DNA from: Squalus acanthias
Taxonomy: Eukaryota
Assembly: GCA_030390025.1 (NCBI GenBank)
Contig: CM059428.1
Span: 155,558,001-155,622,000 of the forward strand
Reading direction: 5' to 3'
DNA: 64,000 bases
Both the position numbers and the translations under genes were made by a program. The notes beneath the pieces were generated by a model, which saw only the letters and a list, made by a program, of their open reading frames with translations, had not been told where the DNA came from and ran no database searches. Position 1 is the first letter of the stretch. Each line of letters opens with the position of its first letter. Below are positions 23,445-37,802 of this stretch, in pieces.

Positions 23445-24450
23445 TGTGGTTGAAGGTCAATCATCACAGCCCCAGGACATCGCTGCAGGAGTTCCTCAGG
23501 GCAGTGTCCTAGGCCCAACCATCTTCAGCTGCTTCATCAATGACCTTCCCTCCAACATAAGGTCAGAAATGGGATGTTCGCTGAAGACTGCACAATGTCA
23601 TTCACAACTCCTCCGATAATGAAGCAGGCCATGCCCACATGCAATAAGACCTAGACAACGTTCAGGCTTGGGCTGATAAGTGGCAGGTAACATTCGGCAG
23701 GCAATGTCTATCTCCAACAAGCGAGATTCTAACCACCGCCCCTTGACATTCAACGGCATTACCATCACCGAATCCCCCACCATCAACATCCTGGGGGTCA
23801 CCATTGACCAGAAGCTTAACTGGACCAGCCACATAAATACTGTGGCAACAAGAGCAGGTCAGAGGCTAGGTATTCTGTGTCGAATGTCTCACCTCCTGAC
23901 TCCCCAAAGCCTTTCCACCATCTACAAGGCACAAGGAGTGTGATGGAATACTCTCCACTTGCCTGGATGAGTGCAGCTCCAGCAACACACAAGAAGCTCG
24001 ACACCATCCAGGACAAAGCAGCCCGCTTGATTGGCACCCCATCCACCACCTTAAACATTCACTCCCTCCACCACCGGTGTACCGTGGCTGCAGTGTGTAC
24101 CATCTACAAGATGCACTGCAGCAACTCGCCAAGGCTTCTTCGGCAGCACCTCCCAAACCCGCGACCTCTTCCACCTAGAAGGACATGGGCAGCAGGCGTG
24201 CGGGAACACCACCACCTCCAAGTTCCCCTCCAAGTCACACATCATCCTGACTTAGAAGTATATCGCTGATCCTTCATCGTCGCTGGGTCAAAATCCTGGA
24301 ACTCCCTCCCTAACAGCACTGTGGGAGTACCTTCACCACACGGATTGCAGCAGTTCAAGAAGGCAGCTCACCACCACCTTAAGGGCAATTAGGGATGGGC
24401 AATAAATGTTGACCTTGCCAGCGACACCCACATCCCATAAACAAATTTTT
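23445..24450 (+). mobile_element. 5'-truncated, frameshifted LINE (CR1/L2 group) covering the RT C-terminus and 3' end
   Basis: GVPQGSVLGPTIFSCFINDL, ILGVTIDQKLNWTSHI, MEYSPLAW, and tail GGGCAATTAGGGATGGGCAATAAATG...CCCACATCCC. Confidence 0.85.
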
Positions 24451-25656
24451 AAAATATATATTTGGGTGGTTTTTATTCAGTTGGGTATGAGTCTGCAGCA
24501 CAAAACTACTGCTAATTTAGAGAAGCCCCAGAATGGCTGATGCAAAAAAATTGGAAGGGGGTAATACTACACTGGTGCAGTAGAGGGCACACTTGGGGCT
24601 GAGGCACGGAGACAGAATGAAGGACACTTTGCTCTGCCTCTAACTACTGTGCCTGACCTGGGGAGTGCTTGATGTTGACACTGGGTGCTTGAAATGGAAA
24701 GTCTTCAATTTCATGGGATTAATGCCCTTAACGTTAAGCACAAAAAGAAATTTACAGAAGAATTAAATGTCCCACTTTGTCCTAAAAGCTGTAGCAATAA
24801 TTGTAAAGCCTTTTGTAAATTAAAATGTGCATTAACAATTCTTGGAACTGTTCAACTTTAATAAACTACCTGCAAATGTGATAATAGTTGGTCTTCCCTT
24901 TCCATCTCCACCATTTATAAGGGGTTTTCCAGGAATTAACTTCTTGGTTTAATTTTCTGAAGTTTCAATTTTGAATATTTATATTCAAATAGTATGTATA
25001 ATGTGGGATCGGTGGAGACCTGGTATGGGTTTATTGAATCGCCATGTAGAAACTGAGTTGATGCCCGAGGAGACATGATCATTGGAGTATCCTAGTTGAA
25101 TGACTGTTTTCAGTAGAGTACGCTGAGCTTGTTTCTCTTGTGAATGTATCTTGTTAACTCCGAGCCAGTTTTCTCCTTTAGTTAAAAGTTCTGCTTAATT
25201 TTTTTTCTTGAAGTAACAAGACTTTTTTAAATATGGCAAAACTTTTAAAGGAAATTTTTTTTTTGATGTACACTCTCAAATCTGGGTTGAATGTATTTGA
25301 AGGGCAGTGGTTCTGCATACAGCCCTTATCTGCTGAACAGGAATTGAACACTTAATAGCAGTGCTCTCAGCAGAGAAAGTGTTTTCCTGTGCACAAAAAA
25401 CTGCTTCCATTAAGAGTGGTTTATATCTTGAATTGTTTGTGACTGTAATGCTAACTTTGCAATTCTAATCATCAATCTGCTGACTTCAAACTTACTAATT
25501 GAAGTGGAGTAGCATTCCTGCGACCACACCAGAGCTGGCATTTTAACTGAAGACTAATGTGCATTTCTGTAGTTTATTGATCATGCACCACATGTGTAGT
25601 GTTATAACATGCGTGACCAGTTTATTGTGTTCTAACTTGTCACTTACATTGGTCAG

Positions 25657-25710
25657 GCTTACAGATATCTTCGAGAAGAAGTAAAAACCTTCCAGGGAAA
25701 GCCTATAAAG
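25657..25710 (+). CDS. LARP4B: LARP4B exon, RRM (AYRYLREEVKTFQGKPIK)
   Basis: cag|GCT acceptor, AAG|gtaaaa donor, 54 nt, phase 0 to 0. Confidence 0.96.
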
Positions 25711-25809
25711 GTAAAAGTTGGATACTATTTAACACTGATTTAGTTCCTTGATTCTTCTGTTCAGTACAGTGTCAAGTATTAACTTGAACATGAAACTTTT
25801 TTTTTGCAG

Positions 25810-26019
25810 GCAAGGATAAAAGCAAAGCCAATGGCTATCAATACTTTTCTACCAAAGAATGGTTATAGACCTCTTGATATGAACCTATACACTCAACAAC
25901 AGAGGTACACATCATTTTATGTGCCTCCGATATACAGCCCCCAACAGCAGTTTCCACTTTATAGCCTTCTTACTCCTCAGTCTTGGTCTACAACCCATAG
26001 CTACCTGGATCCTACATTG
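25810..26019 (+). CDS. LARP4B: LARP4B exon (ARIKAKPMAINTFLPKNGYRP...HSYLDPTL)
   Basis: cag|GCA acceptor after a T-tract, TTG|gtaagt donor, 210 nt, phase 0 to 0. Confidence 0.96.
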
Positions 26020-29000
26020 GTAAGTGTGATGCACTTGGAATTGTTTCAAACTGTTGATCATTTCTTCATTTAAAGTTGACCTAACTGTATTCATAGTATG
26101 CAAATTGTGTAATAATTTCTGACCTTTTAGAATTCTCTTGAATTTATTGTGCCTTTTTATAAATTGGGCACTTAAAAGATTTTAAACGATAACGGAATCA
26201 GTTGCAAGCTATGACCTCTGATATCTGCTTTTATAAATGTATCTCCGTGCTTCATACTCATTATTGAGACACATTAGAGAGAACTACTCGGACACTTGCA
26301 TCCTTTAAAATTTCCATAGGACGGTGGAGCATCTGGGTAATTGCATGTTTTGATTGACTTCGTCCAGGACTGATCAGTTACCCGTAGAGGGTATCCTATC
26401 GCTTTTATGACTTCAGCATTTATATTTTGAGAGAAAGTTGTTTCCTCCGCTTTGCGCCCTATTATTCACTAGCTGAAGGTTGCGGGCAGGCAGGCAACTT
26501 GCTCCCAGGTCTCTGCCAGTGCTGCTCTGTCAACAAAGATTTTTTTTTTAATGTCCTCAATTGTTTAACTCACCCATTCTATGCAGCATTTCCTCTCAGT
26601 GCGCAGATGGCCTCCATCCAAAAGTCTGGCAATTCAGCTCAGAACCAGACACTAGCAAGTACATGGGTGACTCATCCTGGGGGAGGGGCAGAAGCACATA
26701 CTGAGTCTTTCTATCAGTCGCCTGACTTGAGTGTAGGAACCCATTATGTAGGGAAGTGAATAAAACCTGCATCTCCGCACTCAATGGCAGTATATTAGTA
26801 CACAACTATATTGGGCTAAGCTCGGGATTTTGGGGTTTCTCACAACTTAAAGTGCAAATGTTCCACTTTCATCTTGCTAGTCACGAGTCAGATTTTGAGC
26901 CAAAAATGAACTAAGTATTAGGCATTAAAAAAAAATCTCTTGGAAGCTGCTGCCAGCTTTAATTTCTTCCCTTCTGTAAAGTTTGTTTCATGTTCTGGCA
27001 TCAGGTGTGAAAACATTGGGATTTGGTATGGGGGGGGGGTTTCTGAGATAGAAAGTAGCTGGGGTTTTAGCAATTTTTGGCCAGTTGTCATATTGCTATC
27101 CGGGTGGAAAAGGCCCTAGTTTCTAAATTTCTTGTAGAAACATGCATTGACACCAATGTTAACCAATCAGCTTCCTGCATAGGAGATCTAAAATAGTGTC
27201 TCTGCACTAGATGAGAATGATTTAAAACTAGGATTGCCTCCAGGTTGACTTCACTTACTAATTTGGGAAATGTATGCCTGAAATAGTCCAGCTGCAACTT
27301 TTTTTTTTATCTTCAGGCCTGCTAGAATGAGGGGCAGATACTGAATTTGCTTCGTTAATATCCACAGCTGCAGAAGTTGGCAGATGCACATCATGCTGGA
27401 TCCTAAGATATAAAAGCACAGTCAAAATGCGTTAGTTTCTGTTGTGTGGCTTGAAAGGAGACTTGACGGGTCACACTCCCGTTTTCCTAAGAAACATGGC
27501 TATGCTTATCTATATACTTGAGAACCTTATTTAGTTTTTGATGTCAAAGTCCTAGTCAACGCACGACCACAGTCAATTGACTCACCAGCAGAAATCTGGG
27601 AGTTTTGACTTGTGTTGGCAGCCATGAGTGGCCATGTGGCATCTGGCAAGTTGCTAGATGAGAGCACGTGAATATCCAGCTAAAAATAATTTAATACTGC
27701 ATTTCTATCTGCTTTATTTCAAGGTAGAACTGCAGTTGGTTTGCTGGTAGGCTATTGCTGAATACTGAACCAAGATGGATGTTGCACTGTTAATGAAAAC
27801 TACTTCAGATCGAAATATTCAGATAGCAAGAGTTTTCTTGGACATAGGTGCAAAAATTAAAGCTCCATCTTCAAGCAATGCAACTCACCTTTCTTTGTAT
27901 AACATGAAGAAAGCTAACTTAACTATTAATTAGAGGCTCTTGATTTAAAGGATCAAGGAAATTTAGAATTTTATGTATTTTACCTCTGGTTATATTTTTT
28001 GGGAGACTTAAGTTGCATAGAGTCCATGATCTAGTAGTTGTGCTGTGTTGTAGGGAGTCGGCTCAGTGAGCCTTTTGTTTTGTCTTTTGACCTCGGTCAA
28101 CCCCAGTGTGTATTCTCTACTTCAGTGATTTCAAGATATTCTTAAGTCTCAAGAATAACTGCCTGAGCTAAACTTAATGTTCCATCTAATTTTTTTTCCC
28201 TGCATCAATGTGGAAATTCTTAAGCATTCTGAATTTCGCTGCTCGTGCGCTCTGTATTCCCAGAATAACAGTTTTCACTTTTTTGGCTCTGTGTGGATAA
28301 CCTTAAGTTTTATTGACCACTAAGAGGGAGAGAGGTTTGATTCCCACTCAGTTTGCCAAGGTGCAATCCAACTAGTATACTAGTGTCTGAGTCACTATTA
28401 CTTCGCTTAACTAGTCACAGCAGACAAAATAATGTCCTGTTATTAAATTGTCTCACGTTTCATGCTCCTGAGTGGAAGGTCCAGTGTTAGTTCAACCCAT
28501 TTCTTGGAGTTGTGTATATCTGAAGATAGATCTGTTAACCCTTCTGAATGGTAGCTCCTGTCGGTGGTGGTGTGGTATTTCCTTTTCTTTGGCGCAAAGG
28601 TTTCTTAGCATTTCTTCCATTTCTCCCTAATACCAGGGATAGTTCAAAATATGCAAGGAGACGGAGCAAACGTTATACTGGTAATCGCTTGTTAGTCCTT
28701 CAAACCATGTTTCTTGCACATCACAACAATAAGTAAATGGAGGATCCTGTTGCATTCACGAGGCATCTATTCCAACTTGTGAAGTAAAATACCGCGTCCG
28801 ACTACCTAATTATTGAAGACAACAACTAGTGGATCAGGGTTTCCCATTCCTGTCTGTAGATACTTTGATCAGTTCCTGCAGGGCATCTATTTAAATTGAG
28901 TTTATAACACAAAATGGAAACTGCTTGTTCAGTGGTCTACTAGGTCAATCCTGTTCACGTGATGATCTGCATATTCTGGAACATCTCCAGCATCTGTTCA

Positions 29001-30410
29001 ACACTGGCTTCAAATCTAGTTTTATTGGCAGTTGCATCCAAGAAAACATCCTTTATCTGATCCCCAATATAATTGAGTGAAATTCCAGAATACAGACCTA
29101 ATACTAAAACCTACTTTAATCGGCCACTGCACCATATGACATTTCCATAGCCCCAACAGGAGCATTGTGGTCGATGGAAGATTTTTTTTCATTTTTAATT
29201 CCTTTGCCGTAAAACCTTCAACTTTATGCGGGACTTCTTTTAAGGTGTTAAGTCATTGTGGCGTGAACAGATTTTACTTGGCCCCTATTTCACTGACATC
29301 TTCTGTTCTGGAGGAGGGGTTCTAATTTCTGGTCTTGAGGCTTGTGAACTTGTTACTTGTTTTCTAGTTCTGCAGTTAGTCGGAGTGCAGTAACTTGTTT
29401 TTCCAAGAAATGTACATCTCATTTTCAAGACTTGGATCATATCCTCTTAGTTAACGTGGTCTGTGAATCCTCCATCCTAACTTGTACCCCTGGATTTATC
29501 CTTGTTGCTTTTTGACCCATGTCCCAGAGCATGTATCTGTTTGAGGGTTAGATACCCAAAATTATATGTTACTGCTTTGTTAATGGACCCATTGTATACA
29601 CTGGTTTCCTCTACTATCTGACATTAAAATCCGTTTCATTCCATGGCTTTTCCAGGTCCTTTTTGAATGCCCTGTGTCATTAGTTATCTGCTCATGTAGC
29701 TTCGTTTTCAGAAAATTTTGTAATAGTGTAACCAGTGCATGCAGAGCAGGTTCCTGTGGAATAATGCTAATTACTGTCTCAACATAACTTCACATTTATC
29801 ACCATCTGCTTTTTTTTTATTAAGCTAGAAAGCTAACTTGTCATTTATTCAATGGGCCTTTATCTTTTTAAAGTCTCAGATGCTCAAAACTTTCTGAAAA
29901 TCAGACTAAGTTCTTTTCTTTTCACTGGATTGCTCATGTCTGCAAACGTATTTGTCCTTCAAGATTTTCAGAGGACATGTTGCACAAATCCAGTGTTTTC
30001 AAAGCCACATCAATTTGTCTTTATGGCTTCTGTGTTTTAGATGAAGATAGAAAGTATCCTTTTGAAAGCACCAACATTTTACCTACTGTAAATTCATAAT
30101 TCCTGCCTTTTTATTGAACATCAAGAATAAAGTGAAATCTTTATTTCATGAATGGAGTGACTTCGAACTTAACTTGGCCTAAATTAAGGAACTTGATTGC
30201 GGTTCCACTCTTGATAGTGCTTTGTTAAAATGGAAAAATGAGCACAGTAATTTATTTAACTGCGAAACATTCCTTCTGGACTTCACAAATGTGGAATAAA
30301 GATTACACTATTGATTTTTCATGTTTTTCTACACTTGGGCTGTCATTTTTATAAAAAGAGAATTGAAATATTACTTGCATATAAGAGCATATATTCTATT
30401 TCTTTTGTAG

Positions 30411-30520
30411 GTATCTCCATTCCCAAATGCTGGCTTCATAAATGGATTTACTGCAGCTCCAAACTTCAAATCTGCTACAGCCCCTTTGACCTCACTCAGA
30501 CAATATAATCCTAGAAACAG
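30411..30520 (+). CDS. LARP4B: LARP4B exon (VSPFPNAGFINGF...LRQYNPRNR)
   Basis: tag|GTA acceptor, AG|gtaaga donor, phase 0 to 2. PFPNxGFINGF is conserved in the LARP4 family. Confidence 0.95.
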
Positions 30521-33500
30521 GTAAGATCTTTTTGAATGTATTTTTTTTTAAAGTAGAGAGCATCTAGTTTGGAAGCAAGTACAGCCTTCCTAGTTTCTGG
30601 AGAGAAGTGCAAAAAGGAAATTGGCTGTTCCATAGAAATGGAGGAAAGTGGAGGAAAATCCAGTTGCATTTGCATACCTTTTATTACAAGTCATTGCTGC
30701 AGGCTTGGAGTATGTTTCCTGCTTCCTTCCATAGGGGAGAGAGTTTAGAGGAGGAAGACAACTTGGGTAAGAATGATTTAAGATCAGTACAGCAATATGT
30801 ATTAATTTAGATACGTACTGCTAAAAAACAAATCTTTCCTTAAACTTCAGCTCCTTTATATTTGGGAGCTTTTTTCCAATACTTCTTTACATTTTTTTAT
30901 GGTGTGATCAGAACTGAACACAATGCTCCAAGTGTGATGCGACCAGTGCACTCTGAAGTGTTAATATTTCTGCAGATGGGTTTGCTGCTGTTCTTATTAA
31001 CTTTGTAAAAAAGCTTGCCACAATGTCTAGGTGTTGAAAATAAGTTCACTATTACTCCCAGATTCTTTAGGTCTCAATTCTAATTCAGTTCCACGCATTC
31101 CTTAACTATGATGCAAAGTTTTCTGACCAGAGTACACTGTTTCAAATTTCTGAAGTGTTAAATTTGATTTTCCCAAATGGCTAACTAGTGTAAACCATTC
31201 TGCAAAGCTTTCTAGCTGTGTCATGTCTACTGCTCTCCCCATTTGTGTTGCCAGAGTATTTGGTATCCAAGTCATTTATCTAGATTAGAAAAAGGGTCCA
31301 AACGCTGACCCCATTTGGAGCTTTATTCAAAACCTCCCCATGTTTTACCTTCTGAATAATGTTTCCTATCTTGGTTTAACTCAATTTAACATGTTCTATT
31401 CTGAATTACTGAAGTTTTTAGTTTAATTAGGAATCTTTTGTGTGGAACTTTGTTAAAAAAAAGCTTTCCAGATTAAAGATCTATGTGGCCCTTTCGTGTG
31501 GGGTATGCAAGTCAAAATAATAGTGACCATAGTGTTTTCATTTGGATATTCAGTGAAGTAATGGGTGTGTAAAATGTTCAAATGATGGCTACTTAATCTG
31601 TGGGGGAAACTCCCAAGTACAATTGTATTTTGTTCTTCCATATTTGGGTTGTATCTGGAGAACAAGTTGATGTATGTAATGTAGTTTTGGTGGTTGTAGA
31701 CGTCACTAATGGTAGTAGGAGCAGCTTGAAACAATAACAGAAATCGTATCACAAACCATGGAGGTTTTTGGGTTTAAGTTGATCATGTGTAGTACAGTAT
31801 ATTGGTACCAATATGCTAAATAAGCCTAACGCATTTTATTTAATGTGTAATTGTATCATTGTTTTGACTTCAAAAATGGCAGAACTGCCTGTACCTGTAG
31901 GAAAGGATATGGCCATGGGATACGTGCCAACAGAGGAGAAACATAATGCACATTTGTTGCAGCATTAATGGATATAATATGCAGTGTGTTTCAGAGTAAT
32001 TGCAGGAGCTTGAAGTGTCCCTTTTTATGTCGTATTCATGCACAAACAGAAGAGATCAAGCAACAGGAACACTTGTTTTTTCAAAACATTTCAACTGTTG
32101 ACTTGTTTCAGATCTGAGCAGTGTTTTTTTTCCCACAAGTAGTAATTAACATAATATGTAAAAATGCTTATCTTGCATTTGTTTGTTTTTTAAGATCTAG
32201 CTCTTAACTTGAGGGCATTTTTATCTTGGTGTAATGTGCTCACTATTTCCTGCAAGCAAAATCTTGTAACATATCTTAACACTGCTGTGGTCAATATGGT
32301 GGCATTGTACATATAGTTTCTAATATTCAGTGCCACAGAATCGTAGGCTGCCGATTTGTCACTAGGATTCTTCATTTGAGTCTTTGTTCTAGTAAGTAGC
32401 TGTAGTGAAAGGAGGCCAGGTGCTTCCACATGGAGCTAGTCACTCACAGAGCAAACATTAGCAAAATGCTGCAGGAATGAGGAAAGAAAGTTGGGTGAGA
32501 GAAGGAGGAAGACATTTATAATCTTCAAAAACCATATCTGCTCAAAGCATTTCAACCTTTCAACAAGTCAAAAACATTGGAGCAGATGATCCAATGAAAT
32601 CCAGCTAATAGTTCTTTTCCTACCCGCCCCCCCCCCCCTCACAAAACTCCTATTGCTGCTACTTATAGTATCCTGTACCCTGGATGGCAGGACAGTCCGC
32701 TGTGAGGTACTGTAGTTAGGAGGTATAACTTGAGCAGGAACTGATTTAGTCTGCAGATATCTTTCTGAAAGGGAATGAATGCATCTCCTTTCAGCATTTA
32801 TCGCATGGGCTGGAACTGAGCTACCTCAGGGAAGCAAGTTGGAATGACGGGCAGCCTTGCAACTCGTGGCCATCAGATCTGCAACTGGGTGGACCTGCCA
32901 TTTGACCTCCTGGGATGCCCCGAACTGACGTATTTAATGCATATATTGCTGTTTTTTTAAACAAAGTGCACCTTATTGAGCATGCTAAGTCTGCAGTGGC
33001 TAAAAACTAGACAAAAAGATTGCAATCTGCTTGACTGTAGTATCTTCAGTAGGGGGTGTTCAAACGGAGGGATAATCTTGCAGTTTTGCAGTATTTACAG
33101 GAATATACACGTACAGTAAGTCAGTGTGCATAATTATGCGTACTGATCTGGGAAATCAGGATAGCCAGACAGTGCCACGCTATCTACCCTATCTTGTTTG
33201 GTTAGGCTGTTGCATTAAATGCTGTCCTTGTGCCAATAGCAGATGGTGCACTCCGATTTTCCCAAGAGGTGTTTCTTATTCTTTTATTTATATAAATATA
33301 AAATAGCTCTGCAGGAAAGGGGTCCAATTGCTGGGCAATTATGCAGCTTTGGGTGGAGACTTGTACATCAATCTCAACTGGCTGTAATCTGACGGATGCT
33401 TAATTGAGATGTTTGGGGAGGTGGGCTCTGTTGTAGCAGGGGGTTGTTTCATCCTGCTGCTAGCAGTAAATCATGCGAAAGAGTGTTAGTCTGGATCATC

Positions 33501-33868
33501 ACAATGCTAGTCATGGCCTTGATAGCCAGACTTCTCTCTGGGGTGGTTAGTCTTGGGACTAGGCCCAGAAGTTATGCAGGAGCAAACTAGTGTAGCTGCA
33601 GCATCTCTAGTACTCATCAGGCATGGCGCTTTCCGTAGCATATCCTCTTGGTCCTCCAATCTTGCACTGCCTACCACTCAAATAAATTTTTTGTAGTATT
33701 TCCAAAAACTTACTTATTTTGGTGGAAAAATACTATACCCTCGGGATTTCAATGTTGAATTACAAATTTTTAAACTTTACTGTTACCGGTTATGTTGTCT
33801 TAATCTGTTTGTATTACAATGATTAGTCTTGCTCTAGATCAGCATAATTAATTTACATTTCTGATTAG

Positions 33869-34120
33869 GAACCACAGTAAATCTCATCTACGCCCCACGT
33901 TGCCGAACACAGATCGTGGACCAGGACTTTTGGAGAGCCCAACGATATTTAATTTTTCTACGGATCGCCTGTTGAATGGTGTTCGAAGTCCTCAGATGCG
34001 ACCGGCTGGACCTAACCGGGCACGGATCCATAGCAATGCAGCTTATAATAAGAGAGATTTTGGGATTGGAAGGTCAGAGCAAATCAATGCTGATTCATCA
34101 CCCAGCATGGGCCGAGGAAG
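33869..34120 (+). CDS. LARP4B: LARP4B exon (NHSKSHLRP...RGPGLLESPTIFNF...SSPSMGRGR)
   Basis: tag|G acceptor, AG|gtgagt donor, 252 nt, phase 2 to 2. RGPGLLESPxIFNF matches human LARP4B. Confidence 0.95.
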
Positions 34121-34663
34121 GTGAGTCTGAATAACCGAAATAAGGAAACAATACCGAGAATCGATTCCTTTCGCATTCCAGCTGTGATCTGTTTACAGTC
34201 AGACATCTTCTAAAAGATGTTTAGCTAAATAAAATGCAATTACCTGCTAAACAAGGGGAAATCTGAATTTTCTGCAGGTCAGCCTGTAGTGCCATCTTGT
34301 CTCTTGACTTTTTTTTCTTCCCCCACTCTCTCTTTCTTCCCCCCCACCCCCCCGGCCCAAGCCCTTCATTACCCTTGTTGCTAGTCTGTAGTTTATCACC
34401 TGATAATGACTGGGCTCCATGCACATTGCAATCTATAATCATACCCATATAAAATGACCAGAAATAGGTTTGTGATTTAAACCCACTGAACTACAACGGG
34501 GCAGATTTAGGAAAGAGTCTCTTGGTTGACTTGCACTATCAAACGGCCTTAAAGATTGACCATTTATGATCTGGTGTATAGAAGATGTGAGAAACATGTA
34601 GCCGATACTGATTTGTTTTCCTTGAATACTAAAGTCTTTATGGAATTTTAATTTTTTTTCCAG

Positions 34664-34709
34664 GAAGAATTCATATGGATACAGGAAGAAAAGGGAAGAC
34701 AAGTTTACG
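34664..34709 (+). CDS. LARP4B: LARP4B exon (KNSYGYRKKREDKFT)
   Basis: cag|G acceptor, ACG|gtatga donor, 46 nt, phase 2 to 0. Confidence 0.95.
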
Positions 34710-35202
34710 GTATGAAGTTTTTAATATTGAAGCTTTAAATATTGACTCATTGAGGTTGTTGTGGTAGAGCACCAGTATGTAGCATCACTACATGGAAGGA
34801 TGTTGGCTTGAGCTTCGAGCTCTCTGGAGTAGCTTGCCTATCCCATCCAACGCAGGCTCAACCTGAGAGGGGTGGAAATAGTTTGTGGTTTGTGAACATT
34901 AAAATGGTTTTGGCTCCAATGTGGTATACAAAAGGTTTGCACCACAGTTCCCAACCTTCATTCCAAACAGCTTTACTATTGCGAGGCATTGCGCTGCATT
35001 AAATATGGAAGAATATGTTCTTAAAACTGCTGTCACGCGATTTGTACAGCAACGTGGGCAGACTCCTCGGAATCGAATGCTTCCGACCACTTTGACCTGA
35101 CTTGTGGGTTTAGCCCAGAGAGAGAAACTTGAATGTTTGTTTATTAGATTCTCTGCAAATGTGTACAGTGGTTGAGATTATCAAGTTTCCATCTGAAGCT
35201 TT

Positions 35203-35512
35203 TTATTTGATGGGATGTGGCAAAACTGGCTGCACTTATTGCCCATTCCTAATTGCCTTGACAACTGGCTTGCCAGGCCACTTCAGAGGGGATTGAACCT
35301 ACAATGTGGGACTGGAATCACATGGGCCATACCAGGTAGGACTGAAGGGTATTGGTGAACTAGTTTGTTTTTACAAGTCTGGCAGCTTTCATGGGCATAT
35401 TTCTGGTACTGGCCCAGAAATTGCCAGATTAATTGAACTCTATTTCATAAGTTGCCATGCTAAGATTTGAATTCATAATTCATGGCTGTCTAGTACTGTA
35501 ACAATTACACTA
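35203..35512 (-). mobile_element. Second, more decayed copy of the SINE at 52495
   Basis: GGGATGTGG...TTATTGCCCATTCCTAATTGCC...GGCCACTTCAGAGG...TTGCCATG...GATTTGAA is the reverse complement of that family. Confidence 0.65.
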
Positions 35513-35594
35513 TCATGCCCAGATGTTGCATCCACTTCAGAGCAAAGTATGGCTCTTGTTGTTTTGACCATTTTACAATCTTTTATTTATCCCT

Positions 35595-35845
35595 CTCCTT
35601 TTGTCTCACCATTGGTGGCTATGCCTTCAACTGTCTAGGCCCTACACTCTGGAATTCACGCTCTAAACCTCTCCACCTCCCTTATAACCGTTTAAGATCC
35701 ACCTTAAAATCTAACTCTTTGCCCAAACTTTTGGTCAACCCTTCTAATGCATCCTTTTTGGCTCACATCCATTTTTGTCTAATTTACATTTTTGTGAAGC
35801 GGCTTTTCTACATTAAAGGTGCTCGAAAATCCAAGTTGTTGATTA
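35595..35845 (+). mobile_element. L2 3' fragment
   Basis: CACCATTGGTGGCTATGCCTTCAACTG...CTCTGGAATTC...CTACATTAAAGGTGCT, as at 10215-10430. Confidence 0.7.
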
Positions 35846-37802
35846 AGTGAGCATCATTCTGCTCAGCACAATCTTTCTTTCTCCTTTTGTTATGCAAAGA
35901 CATGGGGAAAAATCCAAAACCAGTTGAGACATTTTATTCAACTCATGTTTTCAGCTAATAAAAGGGAACAGCTTGAATCATACCCCTCTGGGTGTGCCTT
36001 GATCCCTTTTCCTTTAAGTAGTGTTACTTTGGCCACTTTTCAATCTTCGAGAATTCAGTGTTTGTTCAGATGACAAATTTCAATATGCAACTCCTTTAAG
36101 GATCATGGACTCTGTATTTTTTCTTTTAAGTGCATAACTTTTTTACTTAGTCACTGGCACAGTGTCTATCTCCTCTGCCAGTAATGGCAATCTGATTTCT
36201 GACTTGGGTAGCTTTTTGTCTTGGGTTTCCAGCGTCGCACTATTTCAAAATGAACCAGTACACTCTGTTTACTACATTTATTGGAGAAATCTTTTTATTG
36301 GAGAAGTCCTTGTTCCTCTTGACTTCTAAATTTTTGAACCTGTGTTTGCTTATCTGTAATTTACCCAAACTTGTTCTCTCTGCTTATTTCTAACATACTC
36401 TTTATATATCCCCTTGTAAACATGATGCCCTCCATTGACTTTTAATTTGTTTTGACTTGGTGTAGACTAGAGTTCTGAAATACTTCACACTTTCTACTGC
36501 AGGTGTTTCAATTAATCTTTTTCTGATATTCATTTCCTTCAGGGTCGGTTTGAAGTTCTGCAGTATGGCACTGTCTCTTTAATATCGTCATGTGCATTTT
36601 AATTTTTAAAAAATTAATCACTGGTCCCAGGTGCTTCATTATCCCTAACGTTATTACCATATCTGTGTCATTACAAATAAATAGATCCTCCTATTTTGTT
36701 GGTTGTTGCGCACTTCGCGAGCAGTTTTTAGTGTTGACTTCAAGTCCTGTGAACAACTCCGTTGCAGATGTGACAATTTTTTTCCCCCCAAGTAAAGTCC
36801 TGTCTCATTTTAAAATTGGACATGTTGAATTGGTTTGTTCGTTGAGATGATGGATTTTTGTTGCTCAACACTGAAACACTTTTTCCATTTTGGGCATCTG
36901 TGGTCAACATTAAACATTCCCAGATTAGATCAAGTGTAGGCCGATGCAGAGTGAAGTTCTCATACTTTGCCGAAATTTAATCTCGGAAAAAGGCCCACAC
37001 GATGGGTTTGGCAGCTTGTACACACTTCTGTTTGGGTCCATACCATTTGGAAGTGGTTTGAGACTCTCCAAACTGGCATTGTGTAACACCCTGCAACTGG
37101 CAGAGAATTTTCATTTAATCTCTTTGACTGAATTCAATTCCAGGTTAAAGTACAGCAAGCTTAAAACACCATCTCCAAAGCTGTGTGTTTTTTTACTTTT
37201 TGTATATTTCCCATGAGATGTTATGAAATTACAGAACTTGCTTCCAATAGTATTCTGAGCATTTAAAAAAAAAAAAAAAATTGAACACTTTATTTGAACT
37301 CTCAATTATCCCACAGAGTATGAGAAGTTTACAGCACAGAAAGAGGTCATTCAGCCCATCATGTGTTTGGCAGTTGTTTTGCTGGATCGAACCAGAACAA
37401 ATTCCACTGCCCTGCTCACTCTAACACTAAGTCTTCTCTGCTTAAGAATTTATTCATATTTTCTTTAGAGGTGCAAGGGTCTCTGCCTCATTTACTCCCT
37501 GTGGCAGTGCATTCCATGTTCTCGCAACTGCATAATAAACACATTTGAACCTGAATGGCTCTGATGAATAACAAGTAATAAATCACGATAGCATCAAAAA
37601 AGAGTAAATGGTTTTCTTGCTTTAACCTCCCCTCTCTGTAAGGAAAGAAGCTGGAGTTTTTCAAGCTGCTGCCAATCAAGAGCATCAGAAGACCAATAAA
37701 CCTTTTTGGCTCAGGAGGAGGGATAGTATGTTTAGACCATTCCTGAGGCAGAGCCAATTAACATAATTGACCTTTAGATGTGCCTTTTTGCAGTACTCTT
37801 TC

